64,000 nt of DNA from a virus (Duplodnaviria > Caudoviricetes), in IMG/VR virus record IMGVR_UViG_3300026258_000271, positions 32,001-96,000 of that record; one strand, 5' to 3'. The notes beneath the pieces were generated by a model. That model did not search any database. It saw only the letters and a list, made by a program, of their open reading frames with translations, and had not been told where the DNA came from. Shown here one piece after another: positions 49,001-59,026 of the stretch. The position numbers and the translations under genes were made by a program. How positions within the stretch are numbered: the first letter of the stretch is position 1; each line of letters opens with the position of its first letter.

Positions 49001-52000
49001 TAATATCCTGCCCCACTACTGCCAGTTGATGAACTGGAACCTGTTGTAGTAGAGCCTGATACTGCTGATCCTGTTGTGGTGTTCGACGTGGCAGTTGATG
49101 TTGATGTTACAACAGTGCCAGATGCCTCCAATTGGTTGGCTCCTAGTGCTGTTATAATCGACACATCATCAACGGTGGCCCCACTGATGAAAATTTCGTC
49201 TGCCGCCGAATTGATCTGAAACAGAGAACCAAAAACTTGTCCTTGTTCATTAGGCACTATCACTACTGTAAGCAAGTCTGGTGCCAACTGATTGTGTATA
49301 TACGCGGCTAATTCTGTAAAGTAAAATGCATCTCCAAAGTCCCAATTATCCAACGCAAAAAATTCATTGATTGCGGCTATAACCCTTGTCTTGATCACTG
49401 CGTCAGATACTTTAGTTTGTGAGTTCTTCACAACTTTGAAAGTTGCCTGCAGTTGTTCTTCTGCATTTTTGCCAAATAAAATTTTGTATTTTACCGGATG
49501 GTATATTATTTGGTCGGACAACGATTTCAAAGGATTCAAAATTCCTGAATAGTTTATTCTCAACTGATCTGATGTTGATGCAGAAGGTTTTGTTCCGCCG
49601 TCCTGTAACCAAATCCTAAATCTGTTATCATATGTTCGTTCTAGCAAGTATGTGTCAACAATGTTAGACACGCTAGGATCTATTCTTGTTTCTTGTCCTG
49701 CATGATGCTTGTATTGGAAGTCTATGGAACTTCTACCTTTCCTTGCATAATAATCTGTTGTTGTTGCCATAGTGTTTGTTGAAAGTGTGTATTTCTTAAT
49801 AACATCCTCACTGGTATCATAAAAATAAAATAATTGTCCATCAGTGTAAGTGGCAGTGTTTAGGTCTATATCTGTTTCGTTTTGTGTCACAACAAAATTT
49901 GTTGCGGCATACGGTCTGAATCTTTCGATACTGTCATAAGATAGATATTTTTCATAAAAAACAAATTTTGTCGATTCCGCTGTGCTAGGTTCTATGAATA
50001 TGTCGAACAGTTCCGGATTGTCAACAACACCGTCATCATCATCATCGAGGAATCCAACCTTCACTTTTCTGTTATCTTGATATCCATCTGCCTCTTTTAC
50101 AGTGTCAACAACTTGCCACAGCAACGGATATCCTATTGCGTTTCCTGTTGAAACAATGCTATTTGTTTTTAAAATTTTTACTGTGTCTTTGACTGTCTTA
50201 CCAGTTTTATAATCGTAGATTTTTTCATCTAGATCGAAGTGAAACTTGTTCTGTGATTCTGATTCAAAAATGTATTCTAGTGATCTGTAATGCACAGTAT
50301 AGGTGTTTCCGTCATTTGTAAATTTAAACCAATGACTAGCATCTTTATTTGTGCCGGAAGTGTTTCCTTGATTGGTAAGGCTGAATGCTGTGCTAGAACT
50401 TAAATTTGTTGATGTGATAACTTTCCATGACTGAGACTCAATATCGTATCTTAGACCAAATTCTTCAAACGCTTCGATTCTGTCGATAATGTCTGCTTCA
50501 AGAGTTGCCGAAAACGAGGTTGTAAAAGTTGGTATAACAACACTCACAACTGATCCATTTGGAATAATACCATTCAGTGTTATTGGACCTAAACCTGATG
50601 ATAGATTTCCTGTTCCGGAGTTGCTTCCGTCTCCCACTACACCTGATATCTTTGCCCACTGTCTATCTTCTGCGTTTTCTGTGCCGGCCGTAACTAATTT
50701 GTTGTTTAAAAATTCTCTGGTGTCTGGAGATGTAAATTTAACTAATGCTCCTGTTTTTACATATTTCAAATTTGATGTTGCAGAATCACCCACTGCCAAT
50801 GCACCACCTGACGTGAAATATCCAGTGTTTGTATTTGTTGTTGTGGTAGTCGAGTTCCATGTTGCTGTCAATGATGACAGGTCCTGCGTACTATATTTTT
50901 CATAATAGAAATGTCGAGAATATGCAGTTTTTAATTTTGCTTCTATACTTGTATTGAGCGTAGATTGAATATCGCTTCTGTTATTAAAACTGAAAGTGAA
51001 TGAAGGATTGCTTTCTTCTCTATACAATATTCCGTCCTCTGCAAACACATTCACGTTTGAATACGCACCTGTTGGATCTAGTATTTCTTTTGCCCTGCTG
51101 ATTCCTGATGCTGATCTGTTCACTGATCTTGTTTTGACTATCTCTTGCGATGCACTCAAAGGTACCACTTGGTAGTCCTCTGCTGTGATCATTCTGTCCT
51201 GAGAGTAGTATACCTGTCCTGCTTTTTCCCTAATAGAAGCATTAGACTCTGTTGCTGAAGCATTGTATATTGAACCTTTAAGACTCATTGTGATTGTTAG
51301 ACTTTGATTGGCCCCGTTTGCGTCAACATATGGAACATCTATTTGAATGTTCTGCATGTCAGCAGGTTGTAAGGCGTACTTGGCATTGTCACTGACTCTG
51401 TAGTATGCTCTGAAAGATCCTAGAGGTAAGTTTGAAAAGTTTCCGTCTCCAAAAACAAGATCTACTGTGTCATTGTTTTTAGTGACAACATTGTAAATGT
51501 CTCTAACACTTTTTGATAATGAATTGTAGATTGCATTGTTTCCCGTAAGTGAAGGGACCTTTGTCCATTCCTGTTCAATCTGCCCAAATTGGTCTATTCC
51601 ATACAGCCACACATCTGAATCATTGATGTTCTCAACTGAAATAGATTTCACATAATTTGTCACTGCATTGTTTACTGTGAAATCATCATTCCGTAAAGTG
51701 CCCTGTTTGAATAAGAAGAAAAATCCTGTGCTGTTTGAACTGTCACCAGAACCGTCGTTTCTGTAAACATACGTCAGGCCTGTGCCCTCTATTGGTGCAG
51801 TCTCATAGATTGATTCACTGTCACTAATTGCAGACGATACAATCTCAAAATCCCTGGCAATACCACCTACAGTTTTTGAAAAATTAAAAATAGGCAATCC
51901 ATTTTGATTGGATGCAAATGTGTACAATTCTGTGTCAACTCCTCCAATGGTATCTTTGTCTCTGGGTTTGCCAAAAATTTGTCCAGTTTGATTCGCCGCA

Positions 52001-52482
52001 TTCATTATCGCCGTGAACTGTTCTCTGTAATTAGAATTTGCTGAATCGTTCCATATTATAGTTGAGTTTGCAAGATTTGTGCCTGTTGAATCTCTCACAT
52101 CTTGTGTTGTTGATATTGCATCAATCTTCAGAAGTCCAGTTGCGGGTTTGTTTCTTTTGGCGTTGTAATTTATAAGTCTTGCTAATCTTAAAACAGAGTT
52201 TCTTCTCTCTGCTGTCTCTAGGAAATTTTCTCTTGCATTGAGGTCAACTCTGAAACTTAAAGCCTGTGCGATGTAGGCAATAAGATCTATAAGTGCAACA
52301 TACTCAGAACTCTCTACAAAATCATTGAAATCATCTGGATAGTTCTCCTGTAGATATGCTACCATTGTTCTTCTCAATGTTTCAAAATCGTATGATTTGA
52401 AATCTGCCTGTTGGAAAGCCTGGTAGATCTTTCTCCAATCTTCCGCTACAAGTAATCTGTTCTGTCTATCTGTTGTGGCCAT
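49000..52482 (-). CDS. gp6: baseplate wedge subunit (T4 gp6-like)
   Basis: DFETLR, ENFLETA.RR.SV..LA, VFGDG.F, RMITAEDY. Confidence 0.85.
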   Translation of the reverse strand: MATTDRQNRLLVAEDWRKIYQAFQQADFKSYDFETLRRTMVAYLQENYPDDFNDFVESSEYVALIDLIAYIAQALSFRVDLNARENFLETAERRNSVLRLARLINYNAKRNKPATGLLKIDAISTTQDVRDSTGTNLANSTIIWNDSANSNYREQFTAIMNAANQTGQIFGKPRDKDTIGGVDTELYTFASNQNGLPIFNFSKTVGGIARDFEIVSSAISDSESIYETAPIEGTGLTYVYRNDGSGDSSNSTGFFFLFKQGTLRNDDFTVNNAVTNYVKSISVENINDSDVWLYGIDQFGQIEQEWTKVPSLTGNNAIYNSLSKSVRDIYNVVTKNNDTVDLVFGDGNFSNLPLGSFRAYYRVSDNAKYALQPADMQNIQIDVPYVDANGANQSLTITMSLKGSIYNASATESNASIREKAGQVYYSQDRMITAEDYQVVPLSASQEIVKTRSVNRSASGISRAKEILDPTGAYSNVNVFAEDGILYREESNPSFTFSFNNRSDIQSTLNTSIEAKLKTAYSRHFYYEKYSTQDLSSLTATWNSTTTTTNTNTGYFTSGGALAVGDSATSNLKYVKTGALVKFTSPDTREFLNNKLVTAGTENAEDRQWAKISGVVGDGSNSGTGNLSSGLGPITLNGIIPNGSVVSVVIPTFTTSFSATLEADIIDRIEAFEEFGLRYDIESQSWKVITSTNLSSSTAFSLTNQGNTSGTNKDASHWFKFTNDGNTYTVHYRSLEYIFESESQNKFHFDLDEKIYDYKTGKTVKDTVKILKTNSIVSTGNAIGYPLLWQVVDTVKEADGYQDNRKVKVGFLDDDDDGVVDNPELFDIFIEPSTAESTKFVFYEKYLSYDSIERFRPYAATNFVVTQNETDIDLNTATYTDGQLFYFYDTSEDVIKKYTLSTNTMATTTDYYARKGRSSIDFQYKHHAGQETRIDPSVSNIVDTYLLERTYDNRFRIWLQDGGTKPSASTSDQLRINYSGILNPLKSLSDQIIYHPVKYKILFGKNAEEQLQATFKVVKNSQTKVSDAVIKTRVIAAINEFFALDNWDFGDAFYFTELAAYIHNQLAPDLLTVVIVPNEQGQVFGSLFQINSAADEIFISGATVDDVSIITALGANQLEASGTVVTSTSTATSNTTTGSAVSGSTTTGSSSSTGSSGAGY

Positions 52483-52496
52483 TGTAATTACAATGG

Positions 52497-52504
52497 TATT
52501 TATA
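52497..52504 (-). promoter_or_regulatory. T4-type late promoter TATAAATA
   Basis: Exact consensus in the intergenic gap 14 nt upstream of the gp6 ATG. Confidence 0.7.
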
Positions 52505-52524
52505 TGTTAGGAAATGTGCGTATA

Positions 52525-52941
52525 TTAAGATAGACGCAATAGTGCGTTCTCATCGAAATTGAATCGTAGTTTCTCTGTGATGTTTAATGGCACATAAGTG
52601 ATAGTGGCCTGTATTGCAATGCCTTTGTCCGCTTCTGAGACCAGTATATCCTCTGTGGATAGTCTTGGATCAGCGTTGAGATTCGCTGTGATGTCATCTA
52701 TGATTGCTTCTTTCAATTGCTCGGTAAATGGCTCAAATATGGCGTCATATATTATCGTGCCAAATTCAGGGTTTTCAACACGTTCGCCCTTTCTCACACT
52801 CAATCTGTTGATCAGGTCCTGTTTCGCCACTTCGAAGTCGTAAATTTTGAAGTTCTGCTTGTCAGCACGTGAACTGAAACCTTTGAACGTAACAGATTTG
52901 TTAGATGTGTTGTTTGCTGATCCTCCGTCTCCGTATGCCAT
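52525..52941 (-). CDS. gp25: baseplate wedge subunit (gp25/GPW-like)
   Basis: RKGERVENPEFGT..LFEP-like and DPR motifs. Confidence 0.9.
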   Translation of the reverse strand: MAYGDGGSANNTSNKSVTFKGFSSRADKQNFKIYDFEVAKQDLINRLSVRKGERVENPEFGTIIYDAIFEPFTEQLKEAIIDDITANLNADPRLSTEDILVSEADKGIAIQATITYVPLNITEKLRFNFDENALLRLS

Positions 52942-55376
52942 TAATTCAATCTCCTAAATGTCACATCAACCTTGCTGTAATCTACAGCGTAGTATCCTGT
53001 GTCTGTTAAGTGCCGTGCCCATGGCACTTCCTGTGCCATAACTCCCATGTACCTGCCCGGCAACTGCTTGTATTTAAACGAATAGACATTGACACCCGCG
53101 GGTGACTGTCCTATGAGTCTTATGTCTTCCTTTAGCCTCATGTCGCTGAACTTGAATCCACCACCTGAGAAGAATTTGCCAACCGAACTAGCAATACTGC
53201 CAATTTTTAGTCCAACGTTTGTTCCCACGTTTTGCCAGAAAGATTGTCCTCCCAGTTGGGCATCTCTGGCATTGAACAGACCAGTTTTTGTGGCAAGGCT
53301 CTTGACTTGGCTCATGCCAACAACCTGTCCTCCGATCACACTAGAATATGTCTGCGTGATGCTGTTTAGATTTGCTATCGTTCCTTCGATGTTGCCAGCA
53401 GATAAATCTTTAGTCAATCCTTTCACGTCATTCAAGGATTTATTGGCAAGATTTAATTGGTCCAATCCTGTCTTGCCTAGTGTGAATAATTCTCCCGTGG
53501 AGTTGACAAACACATTGTCTTTGAACAGTTCTGTGCTGGATCCAGTGTATTTCTCTACCACCTGTGAGGCCAACGTTGATGTAAAATCTTTTGTTTTCTT
53601 ATATAGATCTGTGGTCTTCACAAGTTTTACTTTTTCCGATATACTGTCTTTGAGTTCGAACGGTAGGTCTATTCTTTTTGTTATTCCATATATGTCATTG
53701 TATTTTGTTCCAAACTCTGTGAGAAGTTTTTTTGCTTTTGCACCATCTTTGCTGTTTCCCATTTTCTGTTTCAGGTATTCTAGTGCGTCAGCCTGGTACT
53801 GTGCATCACGTATGGCACTGTTCTTGCTGATCCTGTTCTGCATGTTGACAAATTCTGCTGTGCCTGGAGTCCGTGACAGTTTGCTCCATTGCTTTTTATC
53901 GTCCGAATCGATTGGTATCAATCCATCACTGCCTATCACACTGGCCCTGAACATAGGTTCGTGCGTGACAAGTCTATGAACAGTCGTCTTGGTATCCCTG
54001 GTGAATTTTTCTAGCGGCTTGATTCCTTTCTGTGTGAGTTCAACATCTCCTTCATCTCGCAACTGCATTCCTACTTTGTCTTTGGTCAACCAACTTGGTC
54101 CCCATGCACTGCTTGGCGCTGTTGAATTGAAGTGGACCTGTGCACCTGCCAAATGTATCTGTCCTCCTGCACCGTGCAGTTGTGTTCCACTTGTGAATGA
54201 TGTTATGCCATCCCTGGCGTAATCCCTTATGGATCCTTTCTGTGAACTGTTGAGTATTCCTTTGTCACCTATGTTGAGCATTGTGTCTGCGGAATGTATC
54301 ATCTCGTTAGCCGAACTGACTCTCAACTGACCATTGGCATGGATGTTCACGTTTGAATCGGAGTGCAAATTGAAGTCTCCCTCGGTCCTCATGTTGATTC
54401 CACCTATGCCCGAATACAGATCTATCCTTCCGTTCGACTGCATCTCTATCCAAGCGTTTCCAGACGCATTGGCTATGTATATGGAACCGTCTGTGTCATG
54501 CATCAATATCTGGTGCCCGGATGCGGTACGCAATCTCGTCAGTTGGTTGTTGCCTCTGATGTCACCGTCATCCATTACAAAACTGTGCCCTGGAACCCTG
54601 TCCGGACGTACGGATGATCCTTCCAATCCATAGTTTATTGACCGGGAGTCCGGTCTCACTCTACCCGGTGTGCTGATACCAAAAACTTGGCTGGGGGTCT
54701 CCCTACGTGCCGAGGATGTTGTGGTTCCCCTCACGTTGTCTGATATAAGTCCCTGCTCCAACAGTTGCTCGGCCAGTATGTCATTGACCGGGTACTTCCA
54801 TTTATCCATTGTCTCAAGTGTTTCACCGTCTGCATACATCCTCATGTTTTTCTCTCCGGCCGGTACAAAATCCGTGCCGTATATTTCTTTTTTGGTTTGA
54901 GAGAAATCCACTCCGCCTGCACCTACCCTAGAATCTTGTGTGGCACCATGCCCTGGTATCTGTTGATTCACTAAAGGTTTCTGCACACAGCCTATCCAGA
55001 ATGCCGAACTGGCACCCCTCTCGCCTTTGGCAAATATAACCAATACCTCTGTGTCTATGTCGGGTGGCACCGCCCACATACCATAACTGTGCTGTGTCTC
55101 CTTGTAATCATAGGGATCAGTTTTTGAAACTGCTTCTATGCTCTTGGCACCGTAGAACGGTGACAGGTACTGACACCAGATCACCTGATTGGCAGTTGGC
55201 TTGGTGGTGTTTGTGAGGGCGGGTATGTTCACTCCCAGTCTACCCATCTTCAATGGATCGATCGCGTATTTCACTGTGCCCACGTACGGACCACTGTCGG
55301 TGTCCTGAAATTTCTTGTTGAAGTCCTTCTGGTTGTCGTGTGTGTCTGTGAATCCTGATGAATAATTGTATGTCAT
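52941..55376 (-). CDS. gp5: baseplate hub/central spike (gp5/VgrG-like) with C-terminal peptidase S74 chaperone
   Basis: DPLKMGRLGV OB-fold, YGMWAVPPD, LRTASGHQILMHD beta-helix; C-terminal SDMRLKEDI...MAQEV...VDY. Confidence 0.82.
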   Translation of the reverse strand: MTYNYSSGFTDTHDNQKDFNKKFQDTDSGPYVGTVKYAIDPLKMGRLGVNIPALTNTTKPTANQVIWCQYLSPFYGAKSIEAVSKTDPYDYKETQHSYGMWAVPPDIDTEVLVIFAKGERGASSAFWIGCVQKPLVNQQIPGHGATQDSRVGAGGVDFSQTKKEIYGTDFVPAGEKNMRMYADGETLETMDKWKYPVNDILAEQLLEQGLISDNVRGTTTSSARRETPSQVFGISTPGRVRPDSRSINYGLEGSSVRPDRVPGHSFVMDDGDIRGNNQLTRLRTASGHQILMHDTDGSIYIANASGNAWIEMQSNGRIDLYSGIGGINMRTEGDFNLHSDSNVNIHANGQLRVSSANEMIHSADTMLNIGDKGILNSSQKGSIRDYARDGITSFTSGTQLHGAGGQIHLAGAQVHFNSTAPSSAWGPSWLTKDKVGMQLRDEGDVELTQKGIKPLEKFTRDTKTTVHRLVTHEPMFRASVIGSDGLIPIDSDDKKQWSKLSRTPGTAEFVNMQNRISKNSAIRDAQYQADALEYLKQKMGNSKDGAKAKKLLTEFGTKYNDIYGITKRIDLPFELKDSISEKVKLVKTTDLYKKTKDFTSTLASQVVEKYTGSSTELFKDNVFVNSTGELFTLGKTGLDQLNLANKSLNDVKGLTKDLSAGNIEGTIANLNSITQTYSSVIGGQVVGMSQVKSLATKTGLFNARDAQLGGQSFWQNVGTNVGLKIGSIASSVGKFFSGGGFKFSDMRLKEDIRLIGQSPAGVNVYSFKYKQLPGRYMGVMAQEVPWARHLTDTGYYAVDYSKVDVTFRRLN

Positions 55377-55388
55377 ATTTTATTAAAT

Positions 55389-57752
55389 TTATATAGTAGG
55401 TATTCCTAAGTCCTTGTAATCTTTTATGTTATTCCATCTTTCGTTTTTCCGTTTTTCCTTCTCGGCATCCTTTAAAATGTTGTCAATACTCTGGTTGGAG
55501 AACTGCACCATCTCTGGATCTATTCCTGCACCCTGTTGGTTGTTGAATCTACTACAGAACAGAGTCTGTTCGAATGTCCCCTGATTGAACGAGCTCTCTA
55601 TCTTGTTGACCTGATACAGTCCATTGAAAAATATGTTCTCGTCACGATATTTTGCTTTGTTGGTAAATGTTGTGCCTTCCAGTTCGTCTATGTCATCGGG
55701 AATCCTGTAATTTATGTTTATAATAGGCACGTACTGATCTGCGTTGAAGTTCTCGTTGTCGTAATCGTATGGTCCTTCACCACCAAACTTGGTGCTATTT
55801 CTCAAATTCTTTATAGGCATGTATGTGTCCTGGCACAGGTATGCGGGATCTCCCAGTATCTGCAATTCGATCTTGGCCATGTCAGCCACCGGATTGGTGA
55901 GATAGTCGTAGAACTCCTGTGGCTTCTTGGACTTTTCATCGCCCTTGAGTAGGCTCCTACCTCGCAGAGATGATGGGTAAGTCCGCAACGGCATCAGTTC
56001 CTCTGGGTAGTCTTCCCTTCCGATCGCTCCCTTACGCTTGGTGGCGTCGAATGTGATCTGTCCTGTGTTGGCTTCATCATCTCCCCTTACATTCCTCATG
56101 TAGTACGCTGTTTTGTAGTACATTCTCAAATTACGTACATCTATGTTGTCTCCTGTGTATATGTAATTGTATTCCTTATGAACCCTAGAACTCCAATCTA
56201 TCTTGCCTATGGATATTCCCGGTTTCAGGAATTTTGCCACGTGTAACTTGACCTGCACCGCTTGGTATATGATTTTCTTTGGATGCATTTTCGTGATCTT
56301 GTCAAAACGCTTGGTGTCTGTTCTCACACTGGTCTTGATTTTGAACCAATTCACGAATTGATTCTTGTCCACTATCGCTTGAATCTGCTTGCCATCCTTC
56401 TTTGTGAATAGTTCGGCCACTTTAACAGGATCTTTCAGCGTGGCATCATCCACTTGTCCTGTTCCCTTGAGATATGCCGTCCAGAAATTCTCCGCAAGGT
56501 CCTGGTATCCCGTGCCGGCCCTGATGGCGTCCTCGAAAAATTTCACCAGAGATATCTGCATGTCTGCACTGCCTTCGATCTTTTTGACTTTTGGATTGCC
56601 GGTCTCAACTGAATCGTTGGTTCCCACAGAATCCGTCCCTAATTTTATTTCTGTGTCAATTTCCTGGCCGTACCTGTTTGTGAATTTTAAGGTCTCACCC
56701 ACACTGCCGGTCAGGTTGGTCTTTTGTTGGCCACGATAGGTGAGTCCTGCCTCCCTCACCTCGTCTGTGATGTCAAACACATATTCATCCGCATACTGCC
56801 TCTGTCCTTCTTTGATCTCATCCGTCATCTGTTGTTTCAGCACACTTTGTACATTTGCTACCCATTCGTCGATGTCTTTTGCGAACACGGGCACCAGTGT
56901 TCTGGAAAACTTGAATCTGTCATCGTAGGCCAATTCTGGATAAGGCGTGGCGACCATGGAATACTTTGTTCCGGATTGATCCACGTCAAATTCCACCCTG
57001 GATATAAGCACAGGTATCTTCCGCACGTGTCCTGGCTGTGAGGCAACCGGTTTGCCATGCTCGTCGAACCCCTTGAAATCTATGGTCAACAGCAAAGGTG
57101 CGTCCTGGTAATCCTTGTACCCGTTCAGTGCCGTGGTCGCCCTGACCTTTTCTATGAAAGAACAACCATATGGTTCATGTATCTCAAACTCCATCTTTGT
57201 GAACTGTCCCAGGCCACGTTCCGTGTTTGGTCCTGCCGTGGACACTATGTTCACGTTTTCTATGAATATGTCATGTCCCCTCAGCAAAATCCTGATGCTG
57301 TCGTTGTACTCTTCATCAAATGCCTTTTGCCTCTGTATTGTAGTTGCATCATACTCTGGATCCTGACCGCCAGTGTCTTTCACTTCGGTGGTTCCACTAA
57401 AATTAGCATCTCCAATTCCGCCAGTCCTCGCTATAATATCATGCGGAGGATTTTTTAGATATTTGTGTGTGTTGAGTTCCTCTTCATTTATTCCACTCAG
57501 CGTGAATATATAGTTGTAGGTTGCATACCTGTGCAACACGTTTGGTCTGATGTTGGAATCTTTTTCACCTGACTTGTTGGCGTTGTTATCTTCGTAATCA
57601 TTAAGGTTGGTGGCCTTGATGAAACTAGTCTCGAGCCCTTTGTAGTCGTTGTTGTCGACACGTCCTATAGTATTTTTGTTGTTTTTGAATGCGGCATCAA
57701 CCAATTGTTTAGGTGGCATTCTAGATGTTCTTCCTTTTACAACTTTAGCCAT
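55389..57752 (-). CDS. baseplate hub-like tail protein
   Basis: Lies between gp53 and gp5; ILGDPAYL and GLYQV..IES.F..G.FEQTL match hub-type C-termini. Confidence 0.65.
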   Translation of the reverse strand: MAKVVKGRTSRMPPKQLVDAAFKNNKNTIGRVDNNDYKGLETSFIKATNLNDYEDNNANKSGEKDSNIRPNVLHRYATYNYIFTLSGINEEELNTHKYLKNPPHDIIARTGGIGDANFSGTTEVKDTGGQDPEYDATTIQRQKAFDEEYNDSIRILLRGHDIFIENVNIVSTAGPNTERGLGQFTKMEFEIHEPYGCSFIEKVRATTALNGYKDYQDAPLLLTIDFKGFDEHGKPVASQPGHVRKIPVLISRVEFDVDQSGTKYSMVATPYPELAYDDRFKFSRTLVPVFAKDIDEWVANVQSVLKQQMTDEIKEGQRQYADEYVFDITDEVREAGLTYRGQQKTNLTGSVGETLKFTNRYGQEIDTEIKLGTDSVGTNDSVETGNPKVKKIEGSADMQISLVKFFEDAIRAGTGYQDLAENFWTAYLKGTGQVDDATLKDPVKVAELFTKKDGKQIQAIVDKNQFVNWFKIKTSVRTDTKRFDKITKMHPKKIIYQAVQVKLHVAKFLKPGISIGKIDWSSRVHKEYNYIYTGDNIDVRNLRMYYKTAYYMRNVRGDDEANTGQITFDATKRKGAIGREDYPEELMPLRTYPSSLRGRSLLKGDEKSKKPQEFYDYLTNPVADMAKIELQILGDPAYLCQDTYMPIKNLRNSTKFGGEGPYDYDNENFNADQYVPIININYRIPDDIDELEGTTFTNKAKYRDENIFFNGLYQVNKIESSFNQGTFEQTLFCSRFNNQQGAGIDPEMVQFSNQSIDNILKDAEKEKRKNERWNNIKDYKDLGIPTI

Positions 57753-57753
57753 A

Positions 57754-58053
57754 CTACACTCCTAAATCTTTAGAAACATTTGCTGGCTTTGGTAACTGTA
57801 TGGTCACTCCTGGTTTGAAGTCATATATGGGGTCTTCGATCTGATCTGGGTTACGCTGTGCGAACACCCACCAAAGCCTCGGTGAGCCATAAAGGTCAAA
57901 TGCCAACAGGTCGGGCCTGTACGCATATGTTCTTTCAATGGTGTAACTTTGATCGTCTTGTTCTGCTGTCAATGTCCTCGGTACCAGTGTGCCCAGGTTG
58001 ATGGCGTTCTGGGGTGTGTTGAAATATGGTGATGTGGATGAATACTTGGCCAT
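57754..58053 (-). CDS. gp53: baseplate wedge subunit (gp53/LysM-like)
   Basis: YRPDLLAFDLYGSPRLWWVFAQRN. Confidence 0.85.
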   Translation of the reverse strand: MAKYSSTSPYFNTPQNAINLGTLVPRTLTAEQDDQSYTIERTYAYRPDLLAFDLYGSPRLWWVFAQRNPDQIEDPIYDFKPGVTIQLPKPANVSKDLGV

Positions 58054-58883
58054 TAGATGAATCCTACCTCGTTGGCTCCTTTGCCGTTCAACTCACCGTT
58101 GACGAATTTCTTCATTGAGAACTCCTTGATTGATTCTCTCGAGTAGACAGGAGTTATCAGTACCGAAATGTTTGACAGGGTTGGTGCCCAAGATTGGTCT
58201 GTTTCCAATGCCGGGAGGCCCAGTAGTTTCTCTCTGGTTCTGGCAGAAGTATAGTCTGATTCATTCTGCCTAGTAGATATGTAGTCTATGCCTGGTCTCA
58301 GTTCAACGTTGAACGAATTTATCACAACAGGTATCTTGTGGAACATGTGATCACCGTAACCAAACAAGTGCATGATCGGTGGTGGATTCCCCTTGAGGTT
58401 GTCTGTGTCCTTTCCGAAAAACATTTTTGTTGCACTACGTAGGAAATTCACTGTGGCTACCCAGTGCTTGGCGTCATCGGAGTTCTGTACTGGAAATTCT
58501 CCAATGATGTTCATCTGGTCGACCTGTGAATTCTGATACGCCTGAGCAGGATAATTGTTATGGGTCACTGCCAGTGGATTGTAGTTTGCAGAATGCTGTA
58601 TCACAACCGCTGGAGTCAATGGCCAAAATATTCCCCTAGATTCGGCCAGGGGTTTCAGTAATTCATTGTTATCGAAATCAAAGAATCCTTCCAGGGGTGA
58701 TCCCTGTGGCACCTGTAATCTCACACGCCAGTCTGTTTTGTCCTGTCTGCCAGACCATTTTGCCTGAGCTCGCGTTAGTCTGAGATCCCTGTTAATACCA
58801 GAACCTGATAGCCTTGCGAGGGTTCGGTTAAAGAATCCTGTCGCTACGTTCTTTACTGCTGTTCCTATTGCTTTTAATGGCAT
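58053..58883 (-). CDS. tail tube initiator/baseplate protein
   Basis: FLRSATKMFFG, GNPPP, VVINSFNVEL; first gene of the baseplate operon. Confidence 0.65.
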   Translation of the reverse strand: MPLKAIGTAVKNVATGFFNRTLARLSGSGINRDLRLTRAQAKWSGRQDKTDWRVRLQVPQGSPLEGFFDFDNNELLKPLAESRGIFWPLTPAVVIQHSANYNPLAVTHNNYPAQAYQNSQVDQMNIIGEFPVQNSDDAKHWVATVNFLRSATKMFFGKDTDNLKGNPPPIMHLFGYGDHMFHKIPVVINSFNVELRPGIDYISTRQNESDYTSARTREKLLGLPALETDQSWAPTLSNISVLITPVYSRESIKEFSMKKFVNGELNGKGANEVGFI

Positions 58884-58892
58884 CTTTACTGG

Positions 58893-58921
58893 TTGATTTC
58901 CTTTTCAAAATTTTGTATACT
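58893..58921 (+). promoter_or_regulatory. sigma70-like promoter for gp55-gp47-gp46
   Basis: TTGATT (58893-58898), 17-nt spacer, TATACT (58916-58921). Confidence 0.55.
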
Positions 58922-58928
58922 TTAACTA

Positions 58929-58936
58929 TATTTATA
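58929..58936 (-). promoter_or_regulatory. T4-type late promoter TATAAATA for the baseplate operon
   Basis: Exact consensus 45 nt upstream of ATG 58883. Confidence 0.7.
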
Positions 58937-59026
58937 GGCATTATTTTAGGCGCACTTAATTACCCACACGGCACGATTTAACAGACCTGTTTGTGGTCAC
59001 TTTTACACTAACAATATTGGAGAAAC

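Noticed and set aside
53089-53979. 296-aa + strand ORF and many other antisense ORFs (e.g. 34623..35237, 20704..21228, 25149..25658)
   Set aside because: They are shadows of well-supported minus-strand genes, with no motifs or RBS.
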